DNA from: Octopus vulgaris
Taxonomy: Eukaryota
Direction of reading: 5' to 3'
NCBI GenBank assembly: GCA_951406725.2
Contig: OX597817.1
Span: 41,230,001-41,294,000, forward strand
DNA: 64,000 nt
Shown here: positions 42,958-54,625 of the stretch, in pieces
How positions within the stretch are numbered: the stretch's first letter is position 1
How the letters are laid out: every line of letters begins with the position of its first letter
The notes under the pieces: model-generated
Database searches by the model: none
What the model was told of the DNA's origin: nothing
The model's input: only the letters and a program-made list of their open reading frames with translations
Position numbers and translations under genes: made by a program

Positions 42958-43370
42958 GAGCATGATCGCTGCTAGAGCAGCTGACTAGCTTCCATGCCGA
43001 TGGCATGTAAAACGCACCATTCAAACGAGATCGTTACCAGCGTCGCTTTACTGGCACATGTGCCGGTGGCATGTGAAAAACATTTGAGCGAGGTTGTTGC
43101 CAGTGCCGTTGTACTGGTTCCTGCGCAGGTGGCATGTAAAAAACACCACTTGAGCATGGCCGTTGCCAGTACCGCCTGACTGGCCCTCGTGCCGGTGGCA
43201 CGTAAAAGCACCCACTACACTCTCGGAGTGGTTGGCGTTAGGAAGGGCATCCAGCTGTAGAAACTCTGCCAGATCAGATTGGAGCCTGGTGCAGTCATCT
43301 GGTTCGCCAGTCCTCAGTCAAACCGTTCAACCCATGCTAGCATGGAAAGCGGACGTTAAACAATGATGAT
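42958..43370 (+). mobile_element. Family C repeat
   Basis: Reverse complement of the 41083 and 51641 copies. It ends ggacgttaaacaatgatgat. Confidence 0.85.
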
Positions 43371-44654
43371 ATATATATATATACATATTTTAATGAGTTT
43401 AATTGTTTTGTATAGTCATAGAGTGACCATTGGTTTTGTACCTATAAAGCGCTTGACTAAAACATTTAACTCCCTAAAAAATATATATATTACTGCTCTA
43501 AAACCTGAAAGTGTGCTTCTTTTTTGGGATATATGAACTACCAGAGATTCCATACACACAGACACACACAGAGTCACACTTTATCCTGTGGACCCAGTCC
43601 TTGACAAAGATATTGGAGTTCAAATTATTTGAGCATCACTATGTGTTTTCTATATTGAGCAACTCTAGCTCTCGCCTTTAACTGTATGTATACATACATA
43701 TATAATTAATAATGTATTCTTTCAAAAATTAAAAATAACAAGAGCATATTATCCTAAAAGAAAGCTCTCAAAAGATTGCATTCTATATTATATTCAAGTT
43801 AGAATTGTAAAACGAAGAAAGAAAACAAAAAGAGTGGAAGAGAGATAGGGATCGATTAATTTTGGATTATAATTAAAGATAAAATATTAATATTAATAGG
43901 AATTTTAACCAGATATAGATATAGTTATCATAGTGAGTCACTTTAAATGAACACTAGAAAGAAATTCTATGCAGTCTCTGATATATAAATAGATGGGACG
44001 GCCCTGGATTTGATCAGAAGTCTACTTGATCAGGATTGATGTGGTGCTATAGAAAACACCTAACAATAACAAGTTTCAGTGATTAAACACTTAATTACAA
44101 AATTTACTTTAGTGGAAAATGAGAGTTATGAACACTAACCACATATCCCAATAATCTCTAGGGAGCTTCTGGCAAATATCTAAAGACAAGGGAGCTAAGC
44201 CTTCGTTATCCAATACAACTTGCCTGATTCTCAACATGAGACCAATTAGAGAATTACAACTAATATGAAGCATGCAAGTGTTGGAATAAGGCTAAGATCT
44301 TTAGTTATTATCATCCTGTCCTAAAGGTAACATTTCCAATAAACTCTTTCACTTGTTCTCAAGTGAAACGATTCCATTTGAGTAATGTAAACAATCAAAA
44401 CAACCAGCCATCAGTTTCCAATTAGTTTGGTGTTTAGCCCGCAAGTCATTTTCTCTCCGTCTCTTTGCATGTCAAATTAAGTGGGGTGAGAAAAGTTGAG
44501 AAGTTTCATGTCTAGCCCAAGGCACAACACAACACCAATAAATAGCACAAGCCAACAAGGAAGCTGTTATGCAGACACACTACCTGCTAGAAAAAACAGC
44601 TAAATCTCTCCCCAAATCATCTGGCATCTTAACAAAAGGATGGTCATAAACTAC

Positions 44655-44726
<72 letters not shown>

Positions 44727-45471
44727 TGAGGTATGGCCATGGTTAGAGTACCTTTCATCATAGGTCTGTCTGATCTGGGTTGACCTGGGATTAAACAAAA
44801 GATAACAAGACACAACACAAGTCAAACCTATGAACCTTCCAATTAAAAAGATTGACAGCTTATACATCTAGCCATTGTGCTGTTATTTTCCAGTTGTAGT
44901 TTGTGATCATTAGTATATGACACAGCAGATTCTTTTACCAAAGTGGCCTATTCAATGACCAGTAGAGAATCGGAGAACAACATAAAAAAATAACAGCCAT
45001 TATTTACTGGTATCACCTTCCTGTATACATCCATCTTTTCATTTCTAAGAATAAATCTGCAATAAGTGAAACTGACTTTTAACCACCACCAACCTAGGCC
45101 AGTTAGCTCCTCCATACTATAGTCTGAAATAGTGTAAAGCCAAGAAAAGAAAAAGGCTGTAGATGCTACTGTAAGAAATAAAAAACTTCTCTTCCCTTGA
45201 TAAGGAATCTGTCATTCCAGGTTATTTTGTTTTATTATAAGTATAAAACTCTGTTATGACCATATCTCAATTGAGGTACATTGCCTATGAGTTTCAATTA
45301 ATATTGAAAAAATTATCTAGAATAGAGGAATTTAACAAAATTTCCTTTTTCTTAAGTTGATGTTTGAAGTTTTGCACAAGTCTGGCATTGTTTTACAGAT
45401 TGGATCTCCTTCACATCACTAACCACTTTACAAAATAGATTGATGCCTTTTATCATGTTACCAGCACTAGA

Positions 45472-45668
45472 AGAGTTGGCAGAAACGTTAGCACGCTGGG
45501 AGAAATGCTTAGCAGTACTTCGTCTGCCGCTACGTTCTGAGTTCAAATTCCACTGAGGTCGACTTTGCCTTTCATCCTTTCGGGGTCGATATAATTGACT
45601 TAATTCGTTTGTCTGTCCTTGTTTGTCCCCTCTATGTGTAGCCCCTTGTGGGCAGTAAAGAAATAAGA
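45472..45668 (+). mobile_element. SINE family B
   Basis: It reads gagttggcagaaacgttagcacg...gttctgagttcaaattcc...ctttcatcctttcggggtcgat. Confidence 0.85.
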
Positions 45669-48600
45669 AGGGTTGTTCGTGACAGGACTCCACAATGTGT
45701 TGAGTCACTGCTCTCCTAGATGGGCTGCTTTCACAACAGCTTACAAAGTCCATGTCTTCCATATTCATGTAATTTATTCATTTATTTAGAAATATTACTC
45801 TCCTTAAAAAGTTCTTTGGTAAAATTTTATGACGGAGGGCTTTACTTTTACTACGAACTCTTTAAATGGACAGCTTTGTACCTCAGAATCAAGAATGATC
45901 ACTGGCAGATTAGTACCAAAAGGGTTAATTCTGTCAAAATTATGGCTTCCTGTTCTTTTATGTTTGAGAGAGTTTATGATTGAAATAATTAGAAGTTGTT
46001 ATGGCAGGAGCAGGATGCCCATCAATAAATGCTTCTGTTATTTAAAACAACAACAATAATAATGATGATGATAATAAATAATCCACTCGAAAGAAAAATG
46101 GCTGATGAGAGTGGGAAAAGAGAGGGAGGATAGAAACAGTCAAGAACTAGTCAGAAATGACATACAGAGAATGACAACCAGAACAATTGCTGAAAGAGGA
46201 ATTAGGAGATGGAATATGGAAAGGAATTAAATCACAAGATGAATCAGCTAATTTGGATTAACCCTAGAATAATTCACGTTGAAGAAATTAAGGATAGCTA
46301 GTGCAAAGCAGTTTATTGGATGTGATCAACCAAACTGGCATAGAAAAGCAGCATGTTGAAACATGTATGACTGGCTGATTATTAACTCAATGAAGTCTTA
46401 AAGATCATACTGCATAAAGATATTAAGATTAGCCATATTTCTCAGATCATTATATAACACAGCAGCTACCTCATCAGGGCTTACTTCAGACAATAACTTT
46501 TATCAAAAAACAGCAATCCTATTTTTTTTGTTACCTTATTTATATATGTTGCATTTGATGAATAGCAGCATTGCTGGTTACTGGTTTCCAACTGGCCAAT
46601 CACTGGTTTGTTGCATTTTTTGAGTGACAAGGAAGTGCTTAACTCAACGCAGAACTGATATCTCAAAGGATTTCGTTTCTAAAGTACCAGTTTATAGTTT
46701 GATGTTTATATCCTCCACTAATATACATAGGAGGAAGAGGTACAGGCACATACATACATGATATATATGTGCCATCTGATGGTACCATGTAAAAGCACCC
46801 ATGTTGGTGCCATGTATAAGACACTAGTACTGGTGCCACGTATAATGCACTGATGCAGGTACCACATAAAAAACACCCAGTACACTCTGCAAAACGGTTG
46901 GCATTAGGAAGGACATTCAATCACAGAAACCATGTCATAACAGACAATGGAACACAGTGCAACTCACTGGATTGCCAGCTCCTGTCAAACCATCCAACCC
47001 ATGCCAGCATGAAAAACAGGCACATGATGATGATGATATATGAATGTTTGTTTTTATGCTAAGTTACATGAAGTTATATATTTAAGAAAATTTAACATTT
47101 CCCTCTATACTTTTTAGTAGAGTACACATATTCTTTTATCCTTTTACTGGTTTCAGCTAAAGACTGGGGCCATGCTGGAGCACCATGAACTTTTACAAGG
47201 AGAAAATTGACTGTGACTTTGAGGTTTTAGCTTGCTTGCTTTCATTGAATGTTTGATGAAGGTAAACAAGCTGAAACTTCAAAGTCATCGTCAACTTTTT
47301 TGTTGTAAAACACGCATGCATGCACGCATGCGCACACACACACTTCTGCATAGTTAACATCTGTCAGATTCCATTAACTTGGTATGAGCCAAACTGGGGT
47401 TATGGTAGGAAATAACTTTTGTCTTTGCTCATGAGACTAAACAGTGAAACTGAACTAAAAACCACGTGGTTGTTGCAAGGTAAACCTCTTAACCAGGCAA
47501 TCAAACCTACATGAATCTTCACTACAATTTGCACATGCTCAAATGAAATATTTCGTTCTCTTTCTTTCTGTCTTTCCTTCCTTCCTGGTGATGCTGTCCC
47601 AAACGTAAAGCCACGATCACAGTATCTAAATGCCTGCTTTGAAGATGAAAGATGACAATGTGCAGTACGACTGAAGAAATTATCTACGTACATTAAGATA
47701 TAATTAGCTTTATAGGTATTTTGGGTTTAAAACCAAATTTATATAGCATAAACAACCCATTAACCCAAATACCGTGGTTCTGACCATTAATTCAATTATC
47801 ATAGGAGATAGAAAGAAAGATAGAGCCAGATAGATTGATAGATAAATAGCGCAAAAGAGAGAATGTGTTTATATGTAAGTGCATACATGAGTAACTGGAT
47901 GGACTCCTTGTAAAAATTCCCTGAAGGTTTAGAGATACTTTACTGCAGTCCGATAAATTGATATTTATAAGGCTGGACCAGATATATAGATGGTCTGTTT
48001 CTTGAGAAAATGGTTGGCATTGAATGAATATGAATTTTATTTTAAGATCCCATCTGGATGTTGAATTTCAAAGGTCTTATACTATGAAAATTGTTTGTCA
48101 ATTTGAACTTAGCACTGGAAGTTAATACGATGGTTGGTTATCAATAACATTGCTACCCACAGAAATGGATTATGCTTTTCCCTGGTACTTATTTATAGCA
48201 ATATTGACTGAACCGTTGAGATTTGGATAAACCAACAAAGGAGCCTCTAGAAATAACAGTCAAATGCCTCAATGCCTCAATAAAAAGTAGAATACATGGG
48301 ATAATGTAGTCGTAGATACTGCTATCATTATCTTTTACTGGTTTTAATCATTGAGATATGGCCATGTTGGGGCACCACCTTGAGGATTTTAGCAAAACAT
48401 ATCAACACCAGTAATCATTTTTCCAGCCTGGTACTTATTCTATCAATTTCTTTTGCCGAATTACTATGTTATAAGGATGTAAACAAACCAACTCCAATTG
48501 TCAAATGATGGTGGTGGCAAACACTAAGGTACACATACACACATGTATATAAATTAATATAAGCAACTAAAAGCAATATAAAACCATAAAGGAAAAAATT

Positions 48601-48860
48601 ATTTGTCACTAATTGTGACTGAGGGTGCTGAATAGTGCCTATATTGCTAGAAATAATAGTTAAAACCCTTAAAGCTGCATAAGCACACATTTTTATACAT
48701 TGACAGGGGAGATAACTGCTTCATAAGCAAAGCTGGAAAACTACTGGACTAGTTTATTGCCCAGATAGTTCAGCTAAAAACCCTGTCAGTATACATATTT
48801 ACCATTTTATGGCTGATTTAGGGAAATGCTAATGTGTATACTAATACACACACACAATTT

Positions 48861-49182
48861 ATGGCTCAGTGGTTAGAGTGTCGAGTTCACAATCATGAGG
48901 TAATGAGTTCGATTCCCAGACCGGGCTATGTGTCGTGTTCTTGAGCAAGACACTTTATTTCACGTTGCTCCAGTTCACTCAACTGTAGAAATGAGTTGCG
49001 ATGTCACTGGTGCTAAGCTGTATCGGCCTTTGCCTTTCCTTTGGATAACATCAGTGGCATGGAGAAGGGAGGTTGGAATGCATGGGAGACTGCTGGTTTT
49101 GCACAAACAACCTTGCCTGGACTTGTACCTTGGAGGGGAACTTTCTAGGTGCAATCCCATGGTCATTCATGACCGAAGGGGA
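48861..49182 (+). mobile_element. tRNA-derived SINE, family D
   Basis: It has an A box (tggctcagtgg) and a B box (gttcgattccc). The body is shared with 20110-20372, and heads are also seen at about 612, 52490 and 55861. Confidence 0.8.
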
Positions 49183-49973
49183 TTTTAAGATACACAATGG
49201 GCTTTTACACAGTTTCTTTATACCAAATACACTTATCAGGCATTGGCTGACCTAGGGTTATAGTAGAAGACACTTGACCAGTGCTGGTCTGGGGCTAAAC
49301 AGTAGCTTCCTCCATGATTGGATATAGCATTATTTTTGGTTAGAACACAATATTTCTTCTACATTTTTTTTATTATTCTTGTACTTTTTTCAACACAAAC
49401 ACTAAATAAACGTTATTAAGATATTCTAATGAAGAACAAGTCTGAAATTGATATTATTAGCAAGAACAAACCTAACAGGAAAAATGGGCCCAGTTACTTC
49501 ATGTCGAGAAGGTGTTGTTATTGTATCAAAAAGTAATTCAAAATATTTCAATTTTAAGAAGTTATCTTAAGAATTAAAACAAAGATTGCCAGTTTTGTAA
49601 TCAGAAAGTGATTGTAAAAATAATGAGGTAAAATGAAGTGTGAAATTTAAAAATTATTTAGAGAGCTTTTCCAATAAGGTTATTGTATATGCACACATGT
49701 GTGCACATACATGCATGCAGAGTTATTTTGCTTGGATTTAGATCAGCGTTTCAATCTAGATGTATCCCGATTTATAAAAATCACAAATTTCTTTCTGCTT
49801 TAAATTCAAATCCCAATGAAAGACTAAATTAAAAGTTAATTTGGAGTGTCAGATGAAAGGAGAGAAGAATACACACAACTACATAGAAGAAAGAAAATAT
49901 TTGTGTTTCTTATGCTTCAATTCAGACCGGGGGGACAGGGGGAGAGAGAGGGGAGGGAGGGAGGGAGAGAGGG

Positions 49974-50049
<76 letters not shown>

Positions 50050-50594
50050 TATTATATTGCCATCTTCAAAATAATTGTGCAGTGAACGTTTGAATTCTTT
50101 TTGCATTTAAATCAGTTAATGGTTTGTACTAGGGTACCCAAAGAATTGTTAGGAGCAGTGATTAAACAGTGATTTGTTAAGAATTAAAGACTCTATGCCA
50201 AACATTGAATTAAATGATGAATCTTTCTATGATAAAAGACCAAGGAAATTTCCTAAACTTGAAACTGAATCATGTTAAGAACAGAATTCAGATCAATGCA
50301 TTTGTTAGAAAATCTTTCAGAGTTAATATAGAAAATGTTTCAATGTATTATTCTGGATTGTGGATGAGATATTCAGAATCAATTGTTAATACTGGATCCA
50401 AAATTCCAAGTCGGAAAACCTGAAACAGTTTTATTTGATTATTAAGGTGCAGGCATGGCTGTGGTATGGTAAGAAGCTTGCTTTCCAACCACATGGTTCT
50501 GGGTTCAGCCCTACTGCATGTTGTCTACTTTAGCTGCAGATCGACCAAAGCCTTGTGAGAAACTGAAAGAAGCCTGTGTATGTGTGTGCATATA

Positions 50595-50629
<35 letters not shown>

Positions 50630-50633
<4 letters not shown>

Positions 50634-51060
50634 AGAGGAAAATCAAAACCAAGGCAGAATAAGTATCTTAAGTCATTTATAATAATTTAATTAGGGTGAG
50701 GTGAATTTGAAGTCTTACAGCCGTTTCTGGGATAACCCAAGTGGTATGTTAGTATGTCCACACACTGGGCATTCCATCATCAGAGACGAGGCATGAATAT
50801 TTGAAACAGGGAAAATTTACAGTTTACAAAGAATAAAACTCACAGTTTATAAGGAATAAACTAGAAGAATAAAGAGTAAAAGTAGTTAGAGTATAGGCAG
50901 GAGGATGATGTTCACAACTGATCTTTTTCCAGAGGATGTGGATGGAACCCTAGATCCAGCCTTAGCTGTGATCTTTGAAGCTAACGGTTGACCAGCTGTA
51001 GCACTTACTCAGCGTACCTATTCTTTTAGATCACAAGTGAATTAAACCCCTCATATTCTA
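50630..51060 (-). mobile_element. Penelope-like element terminal (pLTR) fragment carrying a hammerhead
   Basis: This unique block is flanked by (TA)n on both sides and contains the hammerhead at 50712-50787. It has no ORF. Confidence 0.5.
50712..50787 (-). ncRNA. Type I hammerhead ribozyme motif (minimal stem III, Penelope-like element type)
   Basis: The minus strand reads GTCT-CTGATGA-[TGGAATGCCCAGTG...CACTTGGGTTATCCCA]-GAAAC-GGCT-GTA-AGAC. The core is intact, with a 4-bp stem I, a long stem II and a GUA cleavage triplet. Confidence 0.8.
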
Positions 51061-51070
51061 TATATATATA

Positions 51071-51640
51071 TGTGGTTTTAGAACAATAGCTCTGTTTATA
51101 TATAAGTGGTATTCTAATACCCTACTGAATTTTACTTGTATTTTTCACCTATAAAGGTATAAACTCGCTACCCACTTTATTATTATCATTATCAATAATG
51201 GTGATGATACCTTATTTAATTTTGTATTGTACTGGCTCACATAATTTTTGTTTCTGAATGTCACGGAGGCATTCAAATGAAAGGACACACACGGTGTAAT
51301 GTGATGAATATTTCAGAAATAGATGTTTTGCAGTAAGTCTGGCTGATGAGCTTTAAGTATGTTTTTCATACAGAAAGTGAAATCAATTGATCTCCAAATA
51401 TCCGTATTCCTTACTTCTGTAGTTCATACAATGTAAGCATCTTTCTGTTATATTCGTTGCATTCGTCATGTGTATTTTAATAGAAATTTGTAGTTCTAGA
51501 GCGATAGCCCTGTTTATATATAAGTGGTATTCTAATACCCTACTGAATTCTGTTTGTATTTTTTTTACCTATAAAGGCATAAACTTGCTAGCTACTTTAT
51601 TATTATCATTATTATTATTAATAATGGTAATAATACCTTA
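51071..51640 (+). repeat. Partial tandem repeat, 418-bp period, with a hammerhead between the copies
   Basis: 51071-51214 is repeated with divergence at 51489-51640. The shared text is ctgtttatatataagtggtattctaataccctactgaatt...acctataaagg. Confidence 0.8.
51337..51398 (+). ncRNA. Type I hammerhead ribozyme motif
   Basis: The sequence reads CTGATGA-GCTTT..GTATG/CATAC..AAAGT-GAAA-TCAATTGA-TC. The core is intact, stem III is palindromic (ATCAATTGAT) and the triplet is AUC. Stem I is weak. Confidence 0.7.
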
Positions 51641-52088
51641 TCATCATCATTATTATCATTATCATCGTTTAACGTCCGTTTTCCATGCTAGCATGGGTTG
51701 GACAATTTGACCGAGGTCTGGTGAACTAGATAGCTGCACCAGACTCCAATCTGATTTGGCAGAATTTCTACAGCTGGATGCCCTTCCAAATGCCAACCAC
51801 TCCAGGAGTGTAGTGGGTGCTTTTACGTGCCACCGGCACGAGAGCCAATCAGGCGGTACTGGCAATGGCCACGCTCAAATGGTGCTTTTTATGTGTCACC
51901 TGCACAGGAGCCAGTTCAGTGACACTGGCAACGTTTTTTCATGTGCCACCAGTACAAGTGCCAGTAAGGCAATGCAGGTAACGTTCACGCTCAAATGGTG
52001 TTTCTTATGTGCCACCGGCACGGAAGCCAGTTTGTTGCTCTGGCAACGATCATGCTTGGATGGTGCTCTTAGTGCGCCAGTAGCACAG
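51641..52088 (-). mobile_element. Family C repeat
   Basis: Colinear with the reverse complement of 42958-43370. Confidence 0.85.
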
Positions 52089-52127
<39 letters not shown>

Positions 52128-52912
52128 TGCTTGACAACTATGTTGGTTTGTTTAAGTCCCTGTAACTTAGCGGTTTGGAAAAAGGGACCGATAGGAAAAG
52201 TACCAGGTATGGCTGCAGTCTAATAACTGAAACAAATAAAAAATAAAAGATGTAGAGAGCTAAAACCTCGCTACATCATGTCTTGAAGTTATTGATTTTC
52301 TCTCCCCATATCAGTTACTTCACTTAAAAGAGATTTTGTCAACTTCCTATTTGTATAAGTGTTTCTAATGGGGATCACCATTAAAAAAAAAACAGAAAAG
52401 AGCTGTACTGTCAGTCATCACTCACAAACATGAACAGTACTGTATACAATGCTTTCACTTATGTTTTTCGGGTGTTTATGTAGTTGCGAGTCCTCATCTT
52501 AATGGTTAGGGGTATTTGGCTCACGATTTCGACTCCTGGTGGTGTGGTGTGGTGTGTCCTTGAGCAAGACACATTATTTCACATTGAATTACAGTTGTAC
52601 CTGTAATTCAAAGGGGGCCACCCTCGTCACATCCTGTTTCATGCTAAATCTCCCCGAGACATTTGTTAAGGGTACACAAACATGAATTTGCGGAGTGCTC
52701 GGCCACTTGCATATTTATTTTATGAGCAGACTGTTCCGTTGATTTGATCAACTGGGAGTTTTGTTGTTGTAACCGACAGAGTGCCGGTTGCTGGAAGTAT
52801 GTGGAATGAAGTGACTTGTTCAAAGATACGATACATCACTTGTTCCAGGAACTGAATGCATGATCCTATGATGAAGAGTTGGACATACGAGCCATTAGGT
52901 TACACATCTTCA

Positions 52913-53285
52913 CAGGCACAGGTGTGGCTGTGTGGTAAGAAGCTTGCTTCCCAACCACATGGTTCTGGGTTCATCTCCACTGAGTGGCACCTTGGGCAAG
53001 TGTCTTCTTCTATAGCCTCGAGCCGACCAAAGCCTTGTGAGTGGATTTGGTAGATGGAATCTCAAAGAAGCCCATGTGTGTGTATCTGTGTTTGTCCCCC
53101 ACCATAACGTGACAACCAGTGTTGGTGTGTTTACATTCCTGTAACATTAGCGGTTCAGCAAAAGAGAACCGATAGAATAAGTACTAGGCTTACAAAGAAT
53201 AAGTCCTGGGGTCGATTTATTCAACACTAAAGGTAGTGCTCCAGCATGGCCACAGTAAAAAAAATGACTGAAACAAGTAAAAGAG
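52913..53285 (+). mobile_element. SINE family A
   Basis: Colinear with 4659-5061. Confidence 0.9.
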
Positions 53286-54490
53286 CAAGCTGTGAAATGT
53301 ACCTAATAAGTTAGAAATGGCTTTTGGGTATCCTATAGTCTTCAGTGAAAATATTAAATTAACAACTGCAGAGCAAAAGTTACCCAGTTTGATTCCAATA
53401 TAATTAACTGCTTGAAATCTGAAATATATCTATTTCAAATTTACAACTGCAATTATGTGAAAAAGCTGATATTTATGTAGGGTTTTCTAAAATCCGTGTA
53501 GTTGTAATTAACACCAACATAATCCTGAGTAGAAATTTAAAAGAAAAAAAAAGGCTTAGAGAAGTTGAGAAATTATTATTAATAACGTATAGTTAATTCT
53601 TATTGCTTTTGAATAATCTCATTAAGTGGAATTGAAATACCAAGAAATAAATTGAAAATGATTAGTTTCTAAAGTATAAGGCTTCTGGAATATTTGTTTC
53701 CCCACGTGGCTGAAAGTAAATTTGAGATTAAGAATTTCTCTTTAGAATCTTGTTCTCTCTGGTTGATTCCTCTGCACAGCACTTATGTCAAAGTGTTTTC
53801 TACTATAGCTTCAACTCCATCAATAACTTGTGAATGGAATTTGGTAAATGGAATCTATATGGAAGATTGTCATATAAGCATGTGTATATAAATATATATG
53901 ATATGTATTTCTTGCTAAACATTGAAGAGAAGGAACTAAGATGATAAAATGTTTTCAACAAGTTCGGTAATAACTTGCTGAAATGCTTGTATATTTTATA
54001 ATACATAATATCCCAAATACATTTTCTTTATTTTACCAATACTATGCATGTGTGTGTGTATGTGTGTGTGTGTGTGTGAGGGTATGCATACATATATGTG
54101 TGTGTGTGTACACATACACATTTATGTTATTTAGCAAGAAATTCAATAGGCAAAAAGCCCTTGTGATATTTATTCAGCTGAGTTAAGACCGAATCCCTTG
54201 TCATTCTTGCCCTCGTAAGTAGAGAACTAGGAACCTGGAACTGAGTTATGACATAACGTTTAAGAAATGGAACCGTGAGAAGTTCTTCTTTTAATGACAC
54301 TCCAGAGAGAAGCACAAAGAGGATTGGTAAAGCACTGTTTAAGACAGAATTCAGTTCACTGCCTTCAGCGGAATCAATATAATACATAATATAATAACAC
54401 CAAGAACTGAAATACAAGAGCAATTTGAGCCAGCCAACAAATCTGGCATTCAAGATAAATCTCAAATACAATCATAAAATATTCACTTAC

Positions 54491-54625
54491 TTTTAAGTAA
54501 TAGACCAAAAGTTCATTGAGAGAAGGATCAGCGTTTAGGTTGACTAAATAAAAACGGCTCTGTTCAACTTTGATTCCAGAAGTCTGGACAGATATTCCCA
54601 TATTTTCCAAAGCCTTGTGTCTTTC
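54491..54625 (-). CDS. KIF13: Kinesin-3 KIF13A/B-like (Khc-73) internal exon, segment between CC1 and the FHA domain
   Basis: The acceptor is ttattttctttctag| and the donor is |gtaagt. The exon is 135 bp, phase 0/0, and translates ERHKALENMGISVQTSGIKVEQSRFYLVNLNADPSLNELLVYYLK. This matches the KIF13 signature MGIS..SGIKV....YLVNLNADP.LNELLVYYLK. Confidence 0.95.

Larger units (their letters stand above)
9334..54490 (-). other. 45,157-bp GT-AG intron of the KIF13-like gene
   Basis: It lies between two exons that are contiguous in the KIF13 protein. Phases are compatible (0). Confidence 0.85.

Noticed and set aside
54127-54471. 114-aa minus-strand ORF just downstream of the KIF13 exon
   Set aside because: No recognisable homology, a different frame from the exon, and no clear splice sites. 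It is better explained as non-coding sequence, possibly the editing-complementary element.
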